DNA of 64,000 nt from Mobula hypostoma (taxonomy: Eukaryota), in contig NC_086108.1 of the NCBI RefSeq assembly GCF_963921235.1, positions 90,646,001 to 90,710,000 on the forward strand, written 5' to 3'. The first letter of the stretch is position 1. Every line of letters begins with the position of its first letter. The position numbers were made by a program, and so were the translations under genes. The notes beneath the pieces are model-generated. The model was not told the origin of the DNA. It saw only the letters and a program-made list of their open reading frames with translations, and did not search any database. Below, one piece after another: positions 51,453 through 64,000 of the stretch.

Positions 51453-52404
51453 TAGATAGATAGATATACTTTATTGATCCCGAGGGAAATTGGGTTTCGT
51501 TACAGCCGCACCAACCAAGAATAGAGCATAAATATAGCAATACAAAAACCACAAACAATCGAACAACAAAATGCAAACTGTGCCAGATGGAAAAAAAGTC
51601 CAGGACCAGTCTATTGGCTCAGGGTGTCTGACCCTCCACCAGAGGAGCTGCAAATTTCGATGGCCACAGGCAGGAACGACCTCCCGTGCCGCCCAGTGTT
51701 GAATCTCGGTGGAATGTGACCGAAGTCCAACAGTAAAAAGTTCAATATCCGGTCTACAAACACATTCCTCGATCGTAATATGACTCGGATTGCAACATCT
51801 GTTGTTAACCAGAACAGTAAGCACCCAACTCCTTTACGCTTACTGCTCTCAGTGCACTTCCGGTCAGCCGGAACGGTCTGGAAGCCCTCCATGGAGAAGT
51901 TTTGATCAGGTATGTCCTCGTGCAGCCCCGTTCCGGTGAAACACATAACATTGCACTCCAGAAATGTTCTCTGACGCCTGGTTAGAGCCGTGAACTCGTC
52001 CATTTTATTACCCACCGAACTCCCCTTCTCCATAAGTCTCTGTTGTCTCGACCCGGTCCTCTTTCCTCAACTTTGTGATCCCCCTCTGCATCCTCTGTGT
52101 GTTTTCCTCCAGATTTCAGCAGGTGTGTCCTCCGCTCTGCTCGCTAAACCGGCCGGCATTAGCGCAAGCAGCTGGTCCCTGGAATGAACAACGCGACCGT
52201 GCTTCTGTCCCGCGTGTCGGGATGTAACTATCTCCAGCGCTAAAAACCCAAATAAAACTCTCTCTATCAGCATGTCAGAGAGGGTGCAGCTTTGACATGT
52301 TACCATGAAAAAAAAATACAAAAAATAACGTAAGTTAAAAAGTAAGAATCCAATCGGAACGGCTGTTCAGGCAGCATGGACGACCGGCGCATGCTCACTA
52401 TTTG
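51453..52404 (-). mobile_element. Internally deleted Rex1/Babar-like LINE (5' end fused to 3' end)
   Basis: 7-bp TSD CTTTAAA. The APE N-terminus (NKMDE...MCFTGTGL) is joined to the ORF C-terminus (PPRFNT...SFLPVAI), then AATAAA and a (TCTA)n tail. It sits inside a CR1 3' fragment. Confidence 0.8.
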
Positions 52405-53144
52405 CTTTAAACTTTCCTCCTTTACCTTAAATGCATGTTCTCCAGTACTTGACATTTCACTCTGGGGAAAGATTCTGACTGCCTACCCCATCTATGCCTC
52501 TCATAATCTTATGAACCTCTATCAGGTTGCTCCTCAGCTTCCAGTGCTCTAGAAAACATAACACAAGTTTGTACAAGCTCTTCTTATACCTCGTACTCTC
52601 TATTACAGGCAGCATCCTAGTGCAACTCTCCCGCACCCTTTCCTATCACAAAAATGTGGAAAGATAAAAAGCTTTAAGCAGAACGGTAATGATAGCAAGA
52701 TTCAATAATGTCATATACTTTTCAATGTAGAGTGCTTCACCTGGGTCTCATTGGTATTCTGCAAAAGCTATTCTGCTTCGTGATAAAGCCATGCCAAATA
52801 TGTTGGAGATCTATCAGTACACTGAAATGTTGAAATGATGACATTAGATTGTTCTAAATTTTAAATGACTGAAGTTTCTCTGAATCATTTGCAGAATTTA
52901 AGTTATTAAAGATATTCTGATTAAAAATATAAGTATCTTGTGTTCAGCACCCTTTAAATTTGTCTGTTGTTGTGTTAAATGAAATGAAAAATCAAATATG
53001 TCTTGTTTGAAACAGATAAAATGAGTCCTTAAATGTTTGGATAATTTAAAAAGATTTTGAAAAAAGGTAACTTTACTAATTTCATTTGACAGGTGTATTG
53101 ATAGGAGAGGTTTAGAGGATTATAGATCCAATTTGTGGTGCATA

Positions 53145-53918
53145 GACCATAAAACCATAAGACATGGGAGCAGAATTAGGCCATTTGGCCCGTCGAGTCT
53201 GCCCTGACATTCAATCATGGCTGATCCTTTTTTTCTCCTCCTCAACCGCATTTCCCGGCCTTCTCCCCGTAGCCTTTGATGCCATTTCCAATCAAGAACC
53301 TCTCAATTGCTGCCTTAAATACACCCAACGACCTGGCCTCCACAGCTGCACGTGGCAACAAATTCCACAAATTCACCACCCTCTGGCTAAAGAAATTTCT
53401 CTGCATCTCTGTTTCAAATGGACGCCCCTCTATCCTGAGACTGTGCCCTCTTGTCCTAGATGCTCCCATCATGGAAAACATCCTTTCTGCATCTACCATC
53501 TCTAGGCCTTTCAACATTCGAAAGGTTTCAATGAGATACCCCTCATCCTTCTAAATTCCAGCGAGTACAGACCCAGAGCCATTAAACATTCTTTGTATGA
53601 TAGCACTTTCATTCCTGGAATCATCCTTGCAAACCTCCTCTGGACCCTCTCCAATGCCAGCACATCTCTTCTAAGATGAGGAGCCCAAAACTGTTCACAA
53701 TACTCAAGATGATGCCTCACCAGTGCCTTATAAAGCCTCAGCATCACATTCCTGCTTTTGTATTCTAGACCTCTTGAAATGAATGCTAACATTGCATTTG
53801 CATTGCTCACCACCGACTCAACCTGCACGTTAACCTTGAGGGTGTTCCCAAGTCCCTTTGCATCTCAGATTATTGGATTTTCCCCCCATTTAGAAAATAG
53901 TCCGCACATTTATTTCTA
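53145..53918 (-). mobile_element. CR1 LINE 3' fragment
   Basis: LYKALVRHHLEYCEQFWAP and FFSQRVVNLWN. Confidence 0.9.
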
Positions 53919-53924
53919 CTACCA

Positions 53925-55790
53925 CCGTGCGTTTTCCAACAGTTCAGTGTAATACATAATAAAGAAGAAAAAACAAATTAAAATAATAATAATAAATGAA
54001 TAAATTACGGTATATGTATATTGAATAGATTGAAAATTGTGCAAAAACAGAAATAATACATATTTTAAAAGTGACTTAGTGTCCAAGGGTTCAATATCGG
54101 TAATGTGCATTTATGAATCGGATGGCAGAGGGGAAGAAGCTGTTCCTGAATCACTGAGTGTGTGCCTTCAGGCTTCTGTATCTCCTATCTAATGGTAACA
54201 GTGAGAAAAGTGCATGTCCTGGGTGCTGGAGGTCCTTAATAATGGACGCTGCCCTTCTGAGACACCGCTCCTTGAAGATGTCCTGGATACTTTGTTGGCT
54301 AGTACCCAAGATGGTGCTAATTAAATTTACAATCCTTTGCAGCTTTGTTCGATCCTGTGCAGTAGCCCACACCCCCCATACCAGACAGTGATGCAGCCTG
54401 TCAGAATGCTCTCCACGGTACATCTATAGAGGTTCTTGAGTGTATTTGTTGACATACCAAATCTCTTCAAACTCCTAATGAAATATAGTCACTGCCTTGC
54501 TTTCTTTATAACGGCATTGATATGTTGGGACTAGATTAGATCCTCAGAGATCTTGACATCCAGGAACTTGAAACTGCTCACTCTCTCCACTTCTGATCCC
54601 TCTGTGAGGATTGGTATGTGCTTCTTTGTCTTACTCTTCCTGAAGTCCACAGTCGGCTCTTTCATCTTACTGACGTTGAGTGCCAGGTTGTTGCTGCAGC
54701 ACCACTCCACTAGTTAGCATATCTCGCTCCTGTATGCCCTCTCATCACCATCTGAGATTCTGCCAACAATGGCTGTATCATCGACAAATTTATAGAAGGT
54801 ATTTGAGCTATGCCTAGCCACACAGTCAAGTGTATATAGAGAGTAGAGCGGTGGGCTAAGCACACACCCCTGAGGTGCACCAGTGTTGATCGTCAGTGGG
54901 GAGGAGATGTTATCACCAATCCACACAGATTGTGGTCTTCCAGTTAGGGAATCGAGGATCCAATTGCAGAGGGAGGTACAGAGGCCCAGGTTCTGCAACT
55001 TCTTAATCAGGATTCTGACAATGGTGGTATTAAATGCTGAGCTATAGTCGATGAACAGCATCCTGACATAGGTGTTTGTGTTGTCCAGGTGGTCTAAAGC
55101 CATATGGAGAGCCATTGAGGTTGCATCTGTCGTTGGCCTATTCTGGCGAAGGAGTTTAATCTAGTCATGACCATCCTCTCAAAGCATTTCATTACTGTAG
55201 ATGTGAGTGCTACTGAGCAATAGTTATTAAGGCAGCCCACATTATTCTTTTTAGGCATTGGTATAATTGTTGCCTTTTTGAAGCAAGTGGGAACTTCTGC
55301 CCATAGCAGTGAGAGGTTGAAAATGTCCTTGAATACTCCTGCCGGTTGGTTAGGACAGGTTTTCAGAGCCGTACCAGGTCCTCCATTGGGACCTTCCGCC
55401 TTGCAAGGGTTCACTCTCTTTAAAGACAGCCTAACATCGGCCTCTGAGACAGAGATCACAGGGTCACCTGGTGCAGCAGGGATCTTCACAGCTGTAGTTA
55501 TGTTCTCCCTTTCAAAGTGGGCATAGAAGGTGTTGAGTTCATCTGGTAGTGAAGCACCACTGTCATTCATGCTATTGGGTTTCGCTTTCTGAGAAGTATT
55601 GTCTTGCAAACCCTGCCAGAGTTGTCGTACACACAATGTCACCTCCGTCCTCATTCAAAATTGTCTTTTCGCTCTTGAAATAGCCCTCTGTAAATCATAC
55701 CTGGTTTTTTGGTACAGGCCTGGGTTGCCAGAGAATGCTGCCAATCTAGCCTTCAGCAGACGGCATACCTCCTTGTCAAAAGCCTTCTGA
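53925..55790 (-). mobile_element. Rex1/Babar-like LINE RT region, disrupted
   Basis: [45 protein letters not shown]. Confidence 0.9.
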
Positions 55791-55792
55791 AA

Positions 55793-56177
55793 GGCATGGT
55801 AGTGTAGTAGTTGCCATGGTAGTGTAGTGGTTGGCATGGTAGTGTAGTGGTTGCCATGGTAGTGTAGTGGTTGGCATGGTAGTGTAGTGGTTAGCATGGT
55901 AGTGTAGTGATTGGCATGGTAGTGTAGTGGGGGGCATGGTAGTGTAATAGTTGACACGGTAGTGTAGTGGTTGGCATGGTGGTGTAGTGGTTGGCATAGT
56001 AGTATAGTGGTTGGCATGGTAGTGTAGTGGTTGGCACAGTAGTGTAGTGGTTGGTATGGTAGTGTAGTGGTTAGCATGATAGTGTAGTGGTTAGCATGAT
56101 AGTGTAGTGGTTGGCATGGTAGTGTAGTGGTTAGCATAGTAGTGTAGTGTTCGGCATGGTTATGTAGTGGTTGGCAC
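55793..56177 (+). repeat. 20-bp minisatellite, about 19 copies, formed from a SINE head
   Basis: Unit GGCATGGTAGTGTAGTGGTT; runs directly into the SINE body (B-box-like gagttcaattcc), which extends to about 56360. Confidence 0.92.
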
Positions 56178-57454
56178 GCAGCACCAGCCACCAGAGTTCA
56201 ATTCCCACTGCTGTGTATAAGTAGACTGTATGTTCTCCATGTGGGTTTCCTCTGGGTGCTCCACATTTCAAAGATGTATGGGTTAGTAGGTTAATTGGTC
56301 ACGTGGTGTAATTGGGTGGTGTGGGCCCGTGAGCCAGAAGAAACTACCATTGTGCTGTATGTCTAATAATAATAAATAGCAAGATATTGCAGGTGCTGGA
56401 AATCTGAAATAAAATCAGAAAAAGTTGAAAATATTGACCGATTGAGTAACAAATGTAGAGAGGAACAAAGTTAGTGCTTGAGGTACTTTCCTTAGAAATA
56501 CCAACTATTGAGAAGTTTGAAGGTGCAGAGACGAGGGAAGGAAGCAAGGGCAATAAAGACTGAAAACTACAAAAGCAAATGTGCTAAAAAGAACAAGAAA
56601 AACCTCCTTGGTTTGTTTAAAAACAATCAGTTTCTGGTGAAGTTGAAGTGACTTGAATGATATTACTAAAACAAATTAATGCAACTGTTGAAGAAAATGC
56701 TGGAACAGAAAATTAGCTGGGGAGTTCTGTGGAAAAGGAAATAAATATATGGACTGCCAGTGGCTGGCAAACTGAGCTTTAGGCTAAAGGCTTGTCCGTA
56801 ACTAGGTCTCTCGCCTCATCATCGTATTTCTGGTGAGCTCTTCCTAAACCTTTAGAAGAAGTCAGTGGTGGACAGATAAATCCATTGTGTGTGATTTGGG
56901 GATGAGAAGAGTGGAAGAGGAACTAGCATGACAGTTGTGGTCAGTAATATTTCAGAAAGATAAGAGGGAAACTGCAAATACCTGCTGGGATTTGCCTTTG
57001 CAGTTGCACCTTAGTGTACAATAAAAAGTCTAGTGTAGCATGCTCCTTTTAAGTCCACCCAGTTTAGGAGTGAAATGTATAATTTCAAATTTGCTTATTA
57101 TTATCACATACTGATATGCAGTGAAAAAAGTGTGCCTTCCAGGAAAGTGAGTTGTGAGTACTTGAATGAACTGTCAGAGGGAGTGGTCAGGGTGGATATA
57201 AACACAACATTTAAGAGGTGTTGGATAGTTACATAGAGAGGAAGGGCTGGGGGGTGGGGTGGTGGTGGGCGGGGTTATGTGCTAAACATGGGCAACTGAG
57301 GCTAGCAGGTTGGCATAGACCAGTTGCGCTGAAGGTCCTCTTTTCCTGCTCTATGACTATGACGCTGAGATCATGCCATACATAAGTACATAGTGGTAAA
57401 AAGAAAACAATGTGAGAGGCTGAAATAAGATTTAAAAGAGTCCGTTCATTTGTC

Positions 57455-57840
57455 ATATGCTGTGTCGTATGGTGTTGGATGACTGTGTTCTTTCCGTGAC
57501 TATGATTGCTCTTGGCAAATTTTTCTACAGAAGTGGTTTGCCATCGCCACCTTCTCGGCAGGGTCTTTACAAGACAGGTGACCCCAGCCATTATCAATGC
57601 TCTTCAGAGATTGTCTGCTGGTGTCAAGGGGGTCACATAACCAGAACTTGTGTTATGCATCAGCTGCTCAAAGGACAGTCCACCACCTGCTGCCGTAGCT
57701 TCGCGTGACCATGATTGGGTGGGGGTGGGGGGGGGGCTAAACAGGTGCTTACACCTTGCCCAAGGGTGAGCTGCAGGTTAGCAAAGAGGAGGAGTGCCTT
57801 TCGCCTCCTTCAGTAGAGATGTATCTCCACCACGCCACCC
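57455..57840 (-). mobile_element. SINE-like element with RTE-type motif
   Basis: gtggtttgccatcgcc is the reverse complement of the GGCAATGGCAAACCAC-like motif seen in 36042-36304. Confidence 0.45.
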
Positions 57841-58384
57841 ATTTAAAAGAATAGGACCATCAGAACAGATGTAATGAGAACTGATTGGATCCACTTGCAA
57901 AGAGTAGCCATCCTCTGGCACCTTAGTCTCTTTTTTAAGTTTGGAAGGGGCCTAATTGCTTCTTTATGTCGCTACATCAGAGGAACTTCCCTGTATATTG
58001 TGCAGCAGTATGTGAAGTTGGAGAGAAAAGTAAACAAAACTGAAGGAGAAAATTAATTGGTTGAGCATCATCTGTGGAGGGAAATAGATTGTCAATATTT
58101 CAGGTCAAGACCCTGCCTTGGACATATTTAAAATTTCTTGGAGCCCGGAATCAAAGAGGAGAGAAATTGATCCTCTTTCCTGCCCCAATTTGCTGGGCTT
58201 TGGTTCCTGATCTGCCCTACTGCCAATGTGAAATCATGAATTTCACTGCAGTGATGTTAATGGGTTTCTGGCAGTCAGAGTCAAAGTGTTTTGGAGCACA
58301 GAACAGGCTTGATGGCCCAGCTCATTCATGCCGACCACGTTGGCTAACTGACATAATTCCACTTGCTTATACCTTTTCTATCCA

Positions 58385-60020
58385 TATAACAATTGCAGCA
58401 CAGAAACAGGCCAACTCAGCCCTTCTAGTCCGTGCCGAATGCTTACTCTCACCTAGTCCCACTGACCTGCACTCAGCCCATAACCCTCCATTCCTTTCCT
58501 GTCCATATAGCTATCTAATTTAACTTTAAACGACAATATCGAACCTGCCTCAACCACTTCTGCTGGAAGCTCGTTCCATACAGCTACCACTCTCTGAGTA
58601 AAGAAGTTCCCCCTCATGTTACCCCTAAACTTTTGCCCTTTAACTCTCAACTCATGTCCTCTTGTTTCAAATCTTCCCTACTCTCAATGGAAAAAGCCTA
58701 TCCACGTCAGTTCTATTTATCCCCCTCATAATTGTAAATACCTCTATCGAGTTTCCCCTCAACCTTCTTCCCTCCAAAGAATAAAGACCCAACTTGTTCA
58801 ACCTTTCTCTGTAACTTAGGTGCTGAAACCCAGATAGCATTCTAGTAAATCTTATCTGTACTCTCTCTATTTTGTTGACATCTTTCCTATAATTTGGTGA
58901 TCAGAACTGTACACAATACCCCAAAGTTGGCCTTAACAATGCCTTGTACAATTTTAACATTACATCCCAATTCCTATACTCAATACTTTGATTTATAAAG
59001 GCCAGCATACCAAAAGTTTTCTTCATCACCACCACCTATCCACATGAGATTCCACCTTCAGGGGACTATGCACCATTATTCCTAGATCCCTCTGTTCTAC
59101 TGCATTCTTCAATGCACTACCATTTACCATGTATGCCCTATTTTGATTAGTCCTACCAAAATGGTACAACTCCTCCCTTGGAGGGTCAGACACCCTGAGC
59201 CAATAGGCTGGTCCTGGACTTATTTCCTGGCATAATTTACATATTACTATTTAACTATTTATGGTTTTATTACTATTTATTATTTATGGTGCAACTGTAA
59301 CGAAAACCATTTTCCCCCGGGATCAATAAAGTATGACTATGACTATGTAGCACCTCACATTTATCAGCATTAAACTCCATCTGCCATCTTTCAGCCCACT
59401 CTTCTAACTGGCCTAAATCTCTCTGCAAACTTTGAAAACCTACTTCATTATCCACAACTCCACCTATCTTACTATCATCTGCATACTTACTAATCCAATT
59501 TACTACCCCATCATCCAGATCATTAATGTATATGACAAACAACATTTGACCCAGTACAGATCCCTGAGGCACACCACTAGTTACCGGCCTCCAATCTGAC
59601 AAACAGTTATCCACCACTGCTCTCTGGTGTCTCCCATCCAGCCACTGCTGAATCCATTTTACTACTTCAATATTAATACTTAATGATTGTAAGTATTCCT
59701 AACTAACCTTCTGTGTGGAACCTTGTCAAAGGCCTTACTGAAGTCCACATAGACAACATCCACCAGTTTACCCTCGTCAACTTTCCTAGTAACCTCTTCA
59801 AAAAATTCAATAGGATTTGTCAAACATGACTTTCCATGCACAAATCGACGTTGACTGTTCCTAATCAGACCCTGTCTATCCAGATAATTATATATACCAT
59901 CTCTAAGAATACTTTCCATCAATTTACCCACCACTGACGTCAAACTCACAGGCCGATAATTGCTAGGTTTACTCTTAGAACCCTTTTTAAACAATGGAAC
60001 GACATGAGCAATATGCCAAG
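58385..60020 (-). mobile_element. CR1 LINE RT/3' fragment
   Basis: [44 protein letters not shown]. Confidence 0.92.
59164..59344 (+). mobile_element. Short Rex1/Babar-like 3' end inserted in CR1
   Basis: Near-identical to about 16098-16275; removing it restores the CR1 sequence. Confidence 0.85.
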
Positions 60021-60099
60021 TAAAATATGGTCCATGTATCTTTTAAATATCATTACTGTACTCACCGCCACCTCTTCCTCTGGTAGCTTGTTACATCTA

Positions 60100-60410
60100 G
60101 AGAATCTAGGAGTAGGGGACATGGCCTCAGATTAGAGGTATGTCCATTTAGAACGGAGGTGAGGAGGAATTTCTTTAGCTAGAGAATGGTGAATTTATGA
60201 AATTCGTTGCCACAGCTGGCTGTGGAGGCTAAGTCACTAGGTATAGTTAAGGCAGGGTTTGAGAGATTCTTGGTTGTTCATAGCATGAAAGGATACGGGG
60301 AGAAGGCAGGAGATTGGGACTGAGAGGGAAATGGATCAGCCTCGATAAAATGGCAGAGCTGAGTCGAGGGGCCAGTTGATCCAATTCTGTTGCTATATCT
60401 TATAGCTTTA
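60100..60410 (+). mobile_element. CR1 3' end fragment
   Basis: Same 3' UTR subfamily as 53145-53918. Confidence 0.75.
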
Positions 60411-61704
60411 TATATTCACTAGGTGGAAAGTTGCCCCTCGGGTATCATTTTAAGTCTTACCTCTCTCACTTTATATCTCTGCCCCCGTAGTTCAGTTTCT
60501 GTCCTGCAAACAGTTTGACATTCATTAGGCATGAGATGATGGAGGGGTGAGGAACTTGACAGAATTCTGGCCTGTCAATTGGATATTCAGTTAATGCTCT
60601 GTAGAGTGTTTACATCAGTTCTGATGTCTGAATGCAAAAGAGAAAGGAAAGAGAGTGTCAAATTCCCCTGACCTATCTTTCGGCTGGGGCTTTCTGGAAA
60701 CAATAATGTAATCTGAAGTGGGAGACAACATGGATGGATGTGCACTGATAAGAGGATTGGAAAAGCAATTGCTTTAAGTATGTATGCAATTCTTGTTGTT
60801 ATGTTTGCTTCCAGCTGGCACTTAGACTTTCATGAGCTTTTGTGCCAGATGTAGATATGTATTTGTGTTTGTATGCCATTGTATCCTCTATTGGCATCAG
60901 GAATCAGTTACAGCAATATGTTTGGAGGGGGGGAAGTGGAGGAGAGGGTGGGGTGGCAAATGGAAAGAAGCCAGAAAGGTCAGGTGTCCTCCTGCCCACT
61001 CCTACGCCCCAACATCCGCAAAGAGAAGTAGCAAAGCTCACTTGGCATATGTTGTTGACAGAGGATTTTCATCTTGATGCCAGCTGTGCCTACAGGCCCT
61101 AAGTGACATTGTAATTAGATGTTAATACCTGTTTCACCTTTATGCTGGAAGCTCTTTAGTGGCATCACAATCACAGCATGTCATGTTTTACATGCTATTG
61201 CATGAAAGAAGGCGTGCCAAGGTGATCAGGAGCCCGCGTGGCCCTTTTGGTCCCACCTACCAAGCTGCCACAAACCAGTTCTGCAGCCTCTGCATACCCA
61301 GCTGGGACTGACTGCGGTAACTTGCCTTTCTCAGAATCTGAATCAGCGGAGAGGAGAATGCCAAGCTTTGCCATCTGCTGCAAGGTCGCCAGGAACACAG
61401 AACTTGCTCATGCCCACAGATTGGCACAAGCCAGTAAAAGCCTGAAACTTGGCTGCATTTCCTGCAGGCATGCTGCGGTGCTGACCAGTGGCATTGCGCT
61501 GTGAAGTGGCAGAAATGCATAAGACACAGGAACAGATTTAGGCCCTTCGGCCCATTGAGTGTGCTCCAAATTTCGAATATGGCTGATTTATTTTCCTGGC
61601 CTTCTCCCCATAACCTTTGACACCCTCACTAATCAAAATCCACTGCTTTAAATATACTCGATGACTTGGCCTCAACAGTCATCTGTACCAATATATTCCA
61701 CAGA

Positions 61705-63690
61705 TTCTCCTTATGGGGATAGGTTGGGCAAGCAAAGGCTTCTCTCTTTGGAGAGAAGGAGAATGAGAGATGTCTTGATAGAGGTGTACAAGATGATGAG
61801 AGACATTGATCAAGTGGACAGCCAGAGACTTTTTCTCAGGGCAGAAATGGCTAATACAAAGGGGCGTAACTTTATGGTATTAGGAAGAAAGAATAGATAT
61901 GAAAGAATAGAGATGTTTTTTTTTACTCAGACAATGGTGTGTGTATGGAAAGTGCTGCCAGGGGTGGCGGTTGAGACAAATACACTAAAGATATTTAAGG
62001 GAGTCTTATACAGGTGTCCCCCGCTTTTCGAACGTTCGCTTTATGAAACCTCACTGTTACGAAAGACCTACATTAGTACCATGTTTTCGCTTTCAGAAGG
62101 TGTTTTCACTGTTACGAAAAAAAATTCAGCGCGCGATAAAAGGCAGTGCGCGCCCCGAGCAGCTGCTCTCCCCTGGATTCGGAACTGCTTTGCTTAAACA
62201 CGTGCCTGTGAGCAGCCGTTTGCAAGATGAGTTCTATGGTATCGGAAAAGCCTGAAAGAGCTTGTAAGGGTGTTACTCTTAGCGTAAAACTAGACATAAT
62301 TAAGAGTTTTGATCGTGGTGAACGAAGTAAGGACAACGTGAGTTTGGCTTGTGGAAGCTGACAAACATGATGTTGAAGAGGTTTTGGCATCCCATGACCA
62401 AGAACTGATAGATGAAGAGCTGATGCAATTGGAAGAAAAAAGGATAACAATCAAAACCGAATGAGTAATGATAAAGTACGACTTTAATTTTGAAAGGGTA
62501 CGTCGGTTTAGGAGATATTTGCAGGATGGTTTGAGTCCTTATTAAAGAACTGTGTGATAGAAAAGTGTGCAGTCAAGCAAGCCTTCCACATCAGCCACAG
62601 CAGACGATGAACCTCGACCTTCGACATCAAGGCGGGCAGAGATAGAAGAAGATGAGCTGCCTGCTCTAATGGAAACAGACGACGAGATGACACCCCAGTG
62701 TCCCACCACCCCAACCCCCAGGCCACGGACAGATACCGATTCGCGGAGAATGCAACGGTAGCCGGGAGGCACACAGCACATCTTTAAGAAAAAAGCTGAA
62801 ATAAACATGCTAATTAATTAGGTGCCGCCAACACATAATTATCGGCCCAGATCAGAGACGACACAATCGGAAATCGGCACTAATCTGGGCCGACAATTAC
62901 ATGCTGCGCGGCACCCAATTAATTAGCTTGTTTATTTCGGCTTTTTTCTTAAAGATGTGCTGTGTACCTCCCAGCTACGGCTGCATTCCTGCGTGCTTCG
63001 CAGCAATGTATCGCTCGGCGGCCTGGAGGGTGGGGGCCACCCAACCTGCGACGACTCAGTCTAACACACCATCATCCGTGTGCTCGGCAAGCCATCTTCT
63101 CGATTCCCGTAAGTGATACTACACTGTACATACATTATTTCTACTTAATATAGGCTGTGTATTTTTACGTGTTATTTGGTATGATTTGGCAGCTTCATAG
63201 CTTAAAGGTTACTGGAGAGAGTGTTCTTGCCAACAGCGCTTGCGTGAGATTTTCTGCCGATGGCGCTTGCATGAGATTTTTGCTACGGAGAGCAGTTCAG
63301 TAATGATTGTGGAAAAGTATTTCTACTTTTGTATAGGCTGTGTATTTATCATATCATTCCTGCTTTTACTACATGTTACTGTTATTTTAGGTTTTATGTG
63401 TTATTTGGCAGTATCTGGTAGGTTATTTTTGGGTCTGCGAACGCTCACAAAATTTTCCCATATAAATAGATGGTAATTGCTTCTTCGCTTTACGACATTT
63501 CGGCTTACGAACCGTTTCATTGGAACGCTCTACTTTCGGATGGTGGGGGAAACCTGTACAGGCATATGGATGAAAGAAAAACAGAGGGCTGTGTGGGAGG
63601 GAAGGGTTAGATTGATCATGAAGTAGGCTAAAGCATCAGCACAACATTGTGGGCCAAAAGGCCAATATTGTGCTGTACTGTTCTATGTTC
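61705..63690 (+). mobile_element. CR1 3' fragment split by a Tigger element
   Basis: SLERRRMRDVLIEVYK and FFTQ; the 3' UTR resumes at 63559. Confidence 0.8.
62011..63556 (+). mobile_element. Tigger/pogo non-autonomous DNA transposon
   Basis: TA TSD; TIR CAGGT(G/T)TCCCCC. Transposase N-terminal (VTLSVKLDIIKSFDRGE) and C-terminal (DVEEVLASHDQELIDEELMQLE) remnants are present, but the DDE core is missing. Confidence 0.85.
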
Positions 63691-64000
63691 TTTGCTCCTT
63701 CTAAGGCTGTATGTAGTTCTGAGCAAGCCTTTTAATAAGAAAAGCGCACATTTGTCCGACATCACACAAAGGGTAAATTGTCTAGTTAGCCGACAATATC
63801 AAGGACTTAGCAGTCAGTTTACATTCACGATGAAGGTGAGCATTTGTCATTTTGTGTATTTTGTATGTATGAATGTACTTTCACTATTGATCATTAATCC
63901 TGTGTGCACAAACCCTTTCTTGCTGTGTATGTATGAGTCAACCTGCAGCCAATTAACCCAGTAACAGCTGAGGTGGCAGTGAATCTTAACACAGAATCAA

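Noticed and set aside
55655..56191. His/Thr-rich 178-aa ORF
   Set aside because: It is the antisense translation of the 20-bp minisatellite running into a LINE fragment.
58060..58125. Additional hammerhead in an old Penelope-like remnant (also about 56380-56500)
   Set aside because: The CTGANGA core is not recoverable; too decayed to call.

Overview
Vertebrate nuclear DNA, most likely a cartilaginous fish such as a ray, judged from the repeat families (inference). The window lies inside the dihydropyrimidine dehydrogenase gene (DPYD, + strand). It holds three internal coding exons (8604-8691, 14001-14162, 49563-49759) whose lengths (88/162/197 bp) match human exons 4-6. The rest is intron packed with transposon relics: CR1 and Rex1/Babar-like LINEs, RTE-related pieces, tRNA-derived SINEs, Penelope-like elements, a HERO-type RLE retrotransposon, two solo LTRs, and hAT-Charlie, Tc1 and Tigger DNA transposons. 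Four things stand out. (1) The HERO 3' UTR contains all three hammerhead ribozyme core strands in a non-canonical permuted, pseudoknotted order. (2) Two families of Penelope minimal hammerheads are present. (3) There is a three-level nest (hAT > Tc1 > two Penelope inserts) with readable target-site duplications (TSDs). (4) There is an internally deleted bipartite LINE, and there are two TE-born minisatellites. TE family names come from recognised motifs, not database searches. Boundaries without TSDs or TIRs are approximate.
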